Of a stretch of 64,000 bases of DNA, positions 57,047 through 64,000 are shown one piece after another. This DNA is from a virus (Duplodnaviria > Caudoviricetes). Numbering within the stretch: the stretch's first letter is position 1; each line of letters begins with the position of its first letter. The position numbers and the translations under genes are program-made. The stretch is taken from positions 17,985 through 81,984 of IMG/VR virus record IMGVR_UViG_3300005937_000002; one strand, 5' to 3'. The notes under the pieces were generated by a model. It did no database searches and was not told where the DNA came from. It saw only the letters and a program-made list of their open reading frames with translations.

Positions 57047-57059
57047 GTTTGATCCCCTG

Positions 57060-57090
57060 AGGGCGCTGCTACAGCGCCCTTTTGTTTGTT
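57060..57090 (+). terminator. Intrinsic terminator
   Basis: AGGGCGCTG-CTA-CAGCGCCCT hairpin followed by TTTGTTTGTT. Confidence 0.75.
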
Positions 57091-57212
57091 ACGCCTGACC
57101 TGCATCCACTTGATTACTGCGGCTGGCAACGGCGAGGGAGGCACCAGCGTCGCCAGCCGCTGCATGGCATGCCTTACCCCACGGCACACCTTGCAACTGG
57201 GCATCATTGCTA

Positions 57213-57506
57213 CTACAACAGTTTATTGACTGCGGTCTCAACTACAGTCTGCAGCGCCGCGTCCGTGATGACTGATCCATCCTGCTGCACCTGGCTATCC
57301 ATGACCACGGTGGGCATCACCTGCGTAACGGCTGCCGCCGGGTTCCCCAATGTGTTTGCCGCCCAACGCATCCGCGTGTTGTGCGCAGGTGTGCCGGTGG
57401 CCTCGTCCATGATGTAGTTGGCGTATTTCATGCAGGCCACCTGCACACGATTACGGAACGTGGCATCAACCATCAATGCCGCGGTTTGCTCATAAGTCAG
57501 CGCCAT
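57213..57506 (-). CDS. Hypothetical tail-region protein
   Basis: 97 aa; GAGGGA RBS. Confidence 0.65.
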   Translation of the reverse strand: MALTYEQTAALMVDATFRNRVQVACMKYANYIMDEATGTPAHNTRMRWAANTLGNPAAAVTQVMPTVVMDSQVQQDGSVITDAALQTVVETAVNKLL

Positions 57507-57933
57507 CGCTCATCCCTCCTATCAAATCGCCTAGCAGATCCAACACTACCGTTGGTATGGGATTTTCATCCAGCTTGAAGCTGGCCGCCGGTATGGGCTG
57601 CAGCGGCAATTCAATGCTGGCGTTCAGCAGCTTCTTTTCTTCCTGATCAAACTGTATGTGCTGCGCCACCAGTGCGCTTTTATCCACACCGTTGACGGCG
57701 GATTTGATGGCCGGCAACTCACCCGTGCCGTTGGTTACCTGCAGCAGCAACTGATTGCGTGCCTCCATGTAGTCGTCATGCACTTCACGCAGCCGCCGCC
57801 TGGCGATGGCCAAGCGCAGCCTGGTCGTCCCGTCATAGCTGTACAGCTTGGGCTGTGCCCCGCCATCGCTGTAGTTGTCCAACTGCTGAATGGCTGCATA
57901 CATTTCCAGCGCACGCTTCACAGGTAGTTTCAT
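57490..57933 (-). CDS. Hypothetical tail-region protein
   Basis: 147 aa; follows the fibre gene. Confidence 0.65.
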   Translation of the reverse strand: MKLPVKRALEMYAAIQQLDNYSDGGAQPKLYSYDGTTRLRLAIARRRLREVHDDYMEARNQLLLQVTNGTGELPAIKSAVNGVDKSALVAQHIQFDQEEKKLLNASIELPLQPIPAASFKLDENPIPTVVLDLLGDLIGGMSDGADL

Positions 57934-57949
57934 TTTGCTCGCCCCTTTA

Positions 57950-60139
57950 TTACGCTATGCGGTGTGCTGACAAACCACCGCTGGCATTGATCGTGCCACC
58001 AATAAATGAGGCATAAGCCGTGCCCCACGCAGTTATTGGTGACGTGACGGTCATGATCTTGACCGTTATCGCAGTGATATAACCGGACGCATCTCCCATC
58101 ATTTGATAGGTGCCAAAGCCACCATCAGCATCCTGCACCTGCCCTATGGAAGCATAAAGCTGGGCGGCTGGTGTGATGCCACTGATGTTAAACGTGCAAA
58201 TATACACAACAACATAAATTCCTGGTCCCAATGGCAAGCTGGCCGTAGACTTGTGCGGTGGTGCGCCACCCAACGCCTGCGTGCCGCCGGCATTATTCAA
58301 CGTTTCACCAATGTAGCCACCTAACATAGGCGTGCCGTTGGTCGTGCCTCTGATGGCAGTGCCAGGGCCATTGGCATTATTGTGATTGATCACCAAACGA
58401 TTGCCAGAGGTGAAATATATCTGGCCAATGTTGGAGCCTTGAAAAACAACTAATCCATCAACATCAGCCGCTGATTGATACAAATGAAGTTTTCTAGAAA
58501 CAATGCTGTTATCACCAGGGTCGGTAAACGCGGCTGACCCTACGCTCAGTCCACCGGAGGACAGGAAGGTTGCCGTCCGCCGATATACACCACCCACTTT
58601 ACCGAATGCCATATCCAAGCGTGCCGGCATTACACCACCGGCTGGTGCACCATCACAAACAAACGCCATTCCTGCGGCAGCTTGAAAATTAACACCATCG
58701 TCACCTTGAAAACTTAACGCACCAAGTGTGTCACCAATACTGATCATGGCATTGTTGCCGATGATGCCTGAGCGTGACTTGCGGAATGTAATTGCCGGAT
58801 ATACTGTACTGTTTGCCCATGCAGTCAAATACTGCATGACGTAATCATTGGCCGAATGCATTTGCAGCCAAGAATATGCCTGCTGCGTGGCCTCCACCGC
58901 ATTGTGACCAATCACCACCTTGCCGCCGTTGAAATAATTGTTTGCCGTGAACGTGTTTGCACTACCGGCAAGCACGTCACCTTGCGCGTTGGCATTCAAA
59001 GTGCCGGTGGCAGTATCAAATGACATACGTGAACCAATCACAACGGCTGCCCAAACGTCCGTTGCCTTGCGATAATAAATGGTGTTGCTGCCGCCAAGGT
59101 TTTCCAAAGCCGCCAAATCATTGGTCAATATCAGCCCTGTGCCTTGCCGTGCCAGGCCGGCGGTGGGCAAACTGATGCCTTGAATGGTGACGCCAGCCGT
59201 ATCCTTGAAACCGGCAAGCTGGCTGGCAGCCACCGGCAACTCTGTAACCACCGTACCACCGCCACCTGTGACCGCCGTCAAGTCACCATTGACAAAACTC
59301 AAACCAGTGCTGACGTTGACCTTGGACCAGGTATCAACACCTGACCTGTAATAGATGGCACCAATATCATTGGCTGCCGCCAAGCTGGTAAGGTTACCAT
59401 TCTTTGGTTGATAGTTAGCAGCAGCAGTACCAACCGCGGCTGTAACAAACTCAGTGGTGGCCAAGGCCTGTGTATTAGTACCAGGCGTTTGCGTTATAGC
59501 CGTCGGCGTACCAGTGAACGCAGGGCTGGCGATTGGAGCAAACACACCAGTCATGTCCGCCCATGCCTGGTTGCGCCTGGCGTAATATTTGTTGTCGTTT
59601 GTTACATCAGCAATGATGCCTTGCGGGCCAGTCGGTCCTTGGATGCCGGGCGGCCCTTGAATGCCGGTTGGCCCTGGATCACCCTGAATGCCCTGCGGGC
59701 CAGGCGGCCCTTGCACGCCTTGCGGCCCAGGATCACCCTGCGGCCCAGCCGGCCCACCAGGCGTGCCAGCAGGCCCTTGGATGCCTTGCGGGCCAGGCGG
59801 CCCTATAAGCCCTTGCGGACCCATCTCACCGGTCACGCCAATGGTCCAGTTGCTGTAGGTGCCGCTGCCTTCAAACTGATCAACGTTCAATATCAAAGTG
59901 GCACCGTCCCATGACGTAATGATGCCACTCATCCAATGATCGTCAGGATCATCAACATAAGCCACGCGCAGCCGCATCCCGGCAATAACTGAAAACGTCA
60001 AGCCTTGCGTGATGAACGTCTTGCTGCCAAGGCCGATTGTTACAGGGCTGATGCTGGTGGTGACCAGGACAGACCGCGGTGCCAGCGGCGCAACTTTGAC
60101 GATGACCGCATTGCGATTGATTGTTACAACGTCAGTCAT
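57950..60139 (-). CDS. Tail fibre with collagen-like segment
   Basis: About 23 Gly-X-Y triplets, [15 protein letters not shown] motif, beta-rich distal domains. Confidence 0.8.
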   Translation of the reverse strand: MTDVVTINRNAVIVKVAPLAPRSVLVTTSISPVTIGLGSKTFITQGLTFSVIAGMRLRVAYVDDPDDHWMSGIITSWDGATLILNVDQFEGSGTYSNWTIGVTGEMGPQGLIGPPGPQGIQGPAGTPGGPAGPQGDPGPQGVQGPPGPQGIQGDPGPTGIQGPPGIQGPTGPQGIIADVTNDNKYYARRNQAWADMTGVFAPIASPAFTGTPTAITQTPGTNTQALATTEFVTAAVGTAAANYQPKNGNLTSLAAANDIGAIYYRSGVDTWSKVNVSTGLSFVNGDLTAVTGGGGTVVTELPVAASQLAGFKDTAGVTIQGISLPTAGLARQGTGLILTNDLAALENLGGSNTIYYRKATDVWAAVVIGSRMSFDTATGTLNANAQGDVLAGSANTFTANNYFNGGKVVIGHNAVEATQQAYSWLQMHSANDYVMQYLTAWANSTVYPAITFRKSRSGIIGNNAMISIGDTLGALSFQGDDGVNFQAAAGMAFVCDGAPAGGVMPARLDMAFGKVGGVYRRTATFLSSGGLSVGSAAFTDPGDNSIVSRKLHLYQSAADVDGLVVFQGSNIGQIYFTSGNRLVINHNNANGPGTAIRGTTNGTPMLGGYIGETLNNAGGTQALGGAPPHKSTASLPLGPGIYVVVYICTFNISGITPAAQLYASIGQVQDADGGFGTYQMMGDASGYITAITVKIMTVTSPITAWGTAYASFIGGTINASGGLSAHRIA

Positions 60140-60537
60140 CGCGTGATCCCCCAGTCCAACGTAAGGTCAAACAGGATAGTACGCCGCTTGAATTCATTAT
60201 CAATGGCAACAATGTCACCAACGTAATCATCCGGCTTCAACGTGCTCATGATCTCAACCGGCATGTTGATTGTCAGGTAGCCAAAGTCCGGCGGTGACCC
60301 GATCACCAAAGTGCCGTCCTTGGTGCTGGCGTGCGCGACCACGGTATGGTCCGGCGGCAGCCGGCGCAGTTCAAGTTCAAAGTCCATACCGCGCAGGTCA
60401 AGCTGTGGGCCGGTAATGTCATCGGTGTCTATCAGAAACACCAAGCTATCAATCCAATCTTCGTTTGTACCGGTGACAAACTCAGTCGTGGCCAGCGGCA
60501 GCGCCAGTATGTTTGTATCAGAACTAACGTTGGTCAT
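60136..60537 (-). CDS. BppU-like / Ig-like tail accessory protein
   Basis: LDL.G..F..ELRR, G.L.I.........L....YVGDI. Confidence 0.55.
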   Translation of the reverse strand: MTNVSSDTNILALPLATTEFVTGTNEDWIDSLVFLIDTDDITGPQLDLRGMDFELELRRLPPDHTVVAHASTKDGTLVIGSPPDFGYLTINMPVEIMSTLKPDDYVGDIVAIDNEFKRRTILFDLTLDWGITR

Positions 60538-61004
60538 ATGTATACCGGTGGGATACGTGCAGGCCAATTGACGTCATCTGTCGGGTCAACAGGCAAGGCC
60601 GCTTCAAGCTGATCACTACGCGTCCGCACCTGCTGAATATAGTCCAAGCCTGATTGCCAAGTGGTGTAACGTGTTTGTTCTTCTGGCGGCCAGGTGGTGT
60701 GATCAGCACCATAAGCCAATATGTTGTTTGTCATCACCAGGCCAGCATTGCGCTGCATGAATTCGCTGAAACTTTCAATGATGCGACGATATGCCTCCTC
60801 CCGCGTAATCATGTCAGCATTGTTGCGCCAATTAGCTACTAATACCGGTGCACCACTCTGGTTGACAACTGAACCAGCCGGCAATGAAATCACCGTGGTG
60901 TCCGTACCGTAAGCATTGCGATCAATCACAGGGGCATCAGGCAAGCCGGCAACCACCGGCACCGTTTGCTGACTTAGATCAGCCTTCCTAACAAACACCT
61001 GCAT
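60534..61004 (-). CDS. Tail fibre assembly-like protein
   Basis: Follows the fibre gene; C-terminal P.D.TDD.NWP. Confidence 0.55.
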   Translation of the reverse strand: MQVFVRKADLSQQTVPVVAGLPDAPVIDRNAYGTDTTVISLPAGSVVNQSGAPVLVANWRNNADMITREEAYRRIIESFSEFMQRNAGLVMTNNILAYGADHTTWPPEEQTRYTTWQSGLDYIQQVRTRSDQLEAALPVDPTDDVNWPARIPPVYI

Positions 61005-61007
61005 GAC

Positions 61008-62777
61008 TTACCACTCCGTGATGATAGTTGAACCTTTTTCACCCACCGTATTCAGCGGTGGGCTGAAGAACCCAGTGATATTGACTGTGCCGGCACCAAT
61101 CATGCTGATCTTGCCGCCGATGACTGCCTGTATGTCCATGCGTACAATGCCAGGCACACTGACGCCGTTGGTGTTGGAGTCCATATTGGTCACACCCATT
61201 TCAGAATTATGACAATAGACGCCAACGTTACGACTACAAACAGCCTTGCCCTGCGCAGCCATGACGCTGCCTGAATATGCGAAGAAACCAATGTAACCGG
61301 TGCTCAACGCCCAGCAATTGTTAGTTTCAACAATACCGGTTTTGTAGGCAAAATAGCCGGCATAGCTGCAACCCATGGCCACGCAATTGTTGCAAATCAT
61401 AGCGGCATTGGACCAACCGCCAAAGCCGGTGCCGCACAGCGAAACACCGATGTTGTTGGCAATGATGGCACCAGACTGACCGACCCACACGCCATTGACT
61501 TGTTGTGAAGCTGCCGTGCCATAACCTTCCTCGCCGGCACCCAGGTCACCAACAATCAGCATATTCTCAACAGTCGGTTGCCCACCGCCGCTATTGCTCA
61601 CGCCATAGGCAATGGCGTTGGGCAAACTGTCATAGGTGCGCGTGAACCTGATCTCCGTGCCCCAAGCCGGCCGCATGACGTTGGCCAAATTCCAGGTCGT
61701 GTCACTGTATCTAGCGCTACTGATGCAGCCGGTCTTGGCGTAGTTTGCATAAGGCGGTGCGGCCGTGGTCATAGTGCCTCTGACCGTGATACGACTAGCG
61801 TCCGGATGCGTAATCGTGAATGGCCGATAAACGCCTGGCCCCATTTGAATGACCAGAGTGGCATCACTGGCAATACGCTTGCGTGCCAATGCCGTCATCA
61901 ATGAATTGACAGGATTATTGTTTGGTCCACTGGCACTATACGCTGGTGCAGTCACATTGATTTGAGTGGTGACCGGCATGATCGTGTTGGGTTGAATTTG
62001 AAACTGATTGTTTGCGTCAAATACAAATAGGACAATATCGTCTTTGATAATATCACCAGGCAGCAAGTCATTATAGCCACCCGTGGCACCGCGTGCCTTG
62101 ACCACCTTGGCCGGCAAACCATTGACCTCGAACGTTGTCGGGCCAGTGTTGGTATTGTTGATCTTGCACAGCAGTACGTCACCGGCCGCCAATGCAGTGA
62201 TCGGTGGATTAGTTGTGAACGTTGCCCTGACTTGATTAGCCGGCCCAGTGTCAGCCGCATAGGGTATCGGTGCCTGATTGACTGTGACGCTACCGCTGCC
62301 CTGCCCGAAGAAGTTGATGATCTGCCAACCGGCACCATCAAAAGCCAAATCAATCAGACCACCAGACGGCAAATCACCTGGTGACAAAAATAAACCATTG
62401 GCACGTTTAATGTTGTAACGGCCGCCGCCGGCATCCAACGTGGCACCGCCTGTATTGGTGTTCTTGACTTTCACGCGCAGCATCAAGCCAAGCGTGTATG
62501 GTGCGCTAATGGGTGGATCTAGCTGACAGGTCAATTGATTGACGACGCCAATGTCCTCAACATAATTCAACGCCTGGCTGCGAATGCCCTTGGCCATCTG
62601 CAACAAGTCAGCGTCATTTGGTTCAAACCTGCTTTTTTGAATGACGCCGACAATCTCCCGCATCGGATGCTCAAATGCGGCAGCCGGCGGTATTGAACCC
62701 TGGCGGCCCAATGACGGATCGCCATTGATGTAAGGCGCGTTCGGATCGCTAATTCCCCACGGCTGCACGTATTTCAT
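61008..62777 (-). CDS. Tail fibre / receptor-binding protein
   Basis: MKY.QPWG..DPNAPYING N-terminus, two NTG..T repeats, C-terminal parallel beta-helix-like region. Confidence 0.8.
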   Translation of the reverse strand: MKYVQPWGISDPNAPYINGDPSLGRQGSIPPAAAFEHPMREIVGVIQKSRFEPNDADLLQMAKGIRSQALNYVEDIGVVNQLTCQLDPPISAPYTLGLMLRVKVKNTNTGGATLDAGGGRYNIKRANGLFLSPGDLPSGGLIDLAFDGAGWQIINFFGQGSGSVTVNQAPIPYAADTGPANQVRATFTTNPPITALAAGDVLLCKINNTNTGPTTFEVNGLPAKVVKARGATGGYNDLLPGDIIKDDIVLFVFDANNQFQIQPNTIMPVTTQINVTAPAYSASGPNNNPVNSLMTALARKRIASDATLVIQMGPGVYRPFTITHPDASRITVRGTMTTAAPPYANYAKTGCISSARYSDTTWNLANVMRPAWGTEIRFTRTYDSLPNAIAYGVSNSGGGQPTVENMLIVGDLGAGEEGYGTAASQQVNGVWVGQSGAIIANNIGVSLCGTGFGGWSNAAMICNNCVAMGCSYAGYFAYKTGIVETNNCWALSTGYIGFFAYSGSVMAAQGKAVCSRNVGVYCHNSEMGVTNMDSNTNGVSVPGIVRMDIQAVIGGKISMIGAGTVNITGFFSPPLNTVGEKGSTIITEW

Positions 62778-62778
62778 T

Positions 62779-63501
62779 TTAAGGTGTCCCCTGCATAGGT
62801 CCGCCGAAGGCGAGTTGCGAATAGTCAAACACTAAGTCAGTGTGCGCAGGCTTCCAGCGATTGAGCAAACACTGCAAGTCATCCGGTGGGCCAATGCGCA
62901 AGTGCGGATCAACACCAGCCTGGCCGCTGGCTGACCTGAACCAGGTCAAGCTAGGCGTGCCCACAGCAATAGACCAATAGAAACGCATCTCAGGCGGGCC
63001 GATGTACCAGCGGAAATGTTTGCTGGTATCAACAACCGGTACACCGTCAACCAATTTGAATGGCCGTGTATCACCTACCTGGCTGATGCCAGCCATGAAC
63101 GGTGCATACTCTTGAATAGTGACGGTATAACCAAGCCAGTCCATCAACCATTCAAAGTAGCCACGTGACTGCGCACCCTGCCAGGTCATATACAACACCA
63201 GCATGCGCTGGCGTTCAGCTAAGGTCGTGGCATCAGGGAAGCACGGGTCCGGCAAGCTCCAGGCACGTTCCCACTCAGGCAGCAATTCAATCGTCTTGCG
63301 TGGATCAGTTTCACGCTCCAGCAAATCAGCAGCACGGCCGTCAACATATCCCCAGTAATTGACCCAACCGGTGCAAACTTTCACAAACGTTGTATAAGGC
63401 TCACGCGGCCAGGCAATGCCCTGTGGAAACAACGCAAGGAAAGCCTGCAAATATTCCTTACCGCTACGCCTGACGTGACGGTCATGTGTAGCCATAGACA
63501 A
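62779..63501 (-). CDS. Mu gp48 / YmfQ (DUF2313) baseplate protein
   Basis: LLERE.DP..T.ELLPEWER...LPD.C, L.C...RWKPAHT. Confidence 0.88.
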   Translation of the reverse strand: MSMATHDRHVRRSGKEYLQAFLALFPQGIAWPREPYTTFVKVCTGWVNYWGYVDGRAADLLERETDPRKTIELLPEWERAWSLPDPCFPDATTLAERQRMLVLYMTWQGAQSRGYFEWLMDWLGYTVTIQEYAPFMAGISQVGDTRPFKLVDGVPVVDTSKHFRWYIGPPEMRFYWSIAVGTPSLTWFRSASGQAGVDPHLRIGPPDDLQCLLNRWKPAHTDLVFDYSQLAFGGPMQGTP

Positions 63502-64000
63502 TGTCCCCCAGCACTGCCATATGACCAGGTGATTGCATCACGTCATCATTCCAATCAACTAGATCAAATGAAACAACGCCCAATGCATTCATCACCGCCT
63601 GTACCTTCCAAGCGGCGAATATTGTTTGGCCAGGCTTGGCCTTGTCATACAACATGGCAAACAGGGCAGCTTCAATGTTGGCGCGGACTTCCTCAGTGTC
63701 AGGCTGCAGTGCACGGATTTTTACATCAATGAATTGTTTGATAGGTGCCACCACCCAGAAGTCTTTGACGGCTACCGGCCGCTTCATGTCAATGTGTGCC
63801 GTCACTGCTGCCAGGTCATCCGCAGTGGGCCAGCCGTAGTCATCCGCGCGTATGTCATCAAACAACACGCGCACCGTCACAGTGCCGATGCCCATTTCAA
63901 GCGGCTGGCACCAGGCGCGCGTGCAGCCTGGCACCTCGAGCGCCCATTGCTCATAGTCATGGGCAGCACCGCCTTGCGGCGGATTGCGGATGCGCTTCAG
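63482..64000 (-). CDS. Baseplate J / Mu gp47 protein (partial, runs off right edge)
   Basis: RIRNPPQGGA.HDY..WALEVPG, G.GTV.V. Confidence 0.9.
   Translation of the reverse strand: MKRIRNPPQGGAAHDYEQWALEVPGCTRAWCQPLEMGIGTVTVRVLFDDIRADDYGWPTADDLAAVTAHIDMKRPVAVKDFWVVAPIKQFIDVKIRALQPDTEEVRANIEAALFAMLYDKAKPGQTIFAAWKVQAVMNALGVVSFDLVDWNDDVMQSPGHMAVLGDIVYGYT

Noticed and set aside
57950-62777. Diversity-generating retroelement at the tail fibres
   Set aside because: No reverse transcriptase and no template/variable repeat pair seen
1-64000. Prophage with integrase, att sites or host flanks; tRNA genes
   Set aside because: No recombinase motifs, host housekeeping genes or tRNA cloverleafs recognised; such genes could lie outside the window

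Overview
This window is most of a tailed dsDNA phage genome, probably a contractile-tailed (myovirus-like) phage of an alphaproteobacterial or similar host. The host is an inference from protein styles, and no integrase, tRNA or CRISPR array was seen. Left arm (1-16.6 kb, minus strand): NusG-like antiterminator, HNH nuclease, about 7.7 kb of virion accessory genes including a 1325-aa protein with 40 x 21-aa repeats, terminase, fused prohead protease-major capsid, portal and a collagen-like protein. 17-34 kb: primase-helicase, a nucleotide-metabolism cluster that looks like a DNA base-modification pathway (HD hydrolase, tandem ThyX-like protein, nucleoside deoxyribosyltransferase, SLOG, HAD, SDR, VOC, NTP pyrophosphatase), then DnaQ, DnaE and an SNF2 helicase. 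34.9-44.7 kb (minus strand): a hypervariable run of small genes separated by 12 near-identical elements carrying the full hammerhead ribozyme core (GAAAC-stem III-GUA-stem I-CUGAUGA, type II permutation with a loop-I/3'-tail pseudoknot), one half copy, and 4 (possibly 5) copies of a second covarying, pseudoknotted RNA motif I cannot assign to a known family. 45-54 kb: small plus-strand genes. 54.6-64 kb (minus strand): baseplate, tail fibres, a Tad2-like protein and lysis genes. Both ends are minus-strand late genes, consistent with a circularly permuted genome whose neck and tail genes lie outside the window. All family calls are from motif recognition by eye; no database search was run.
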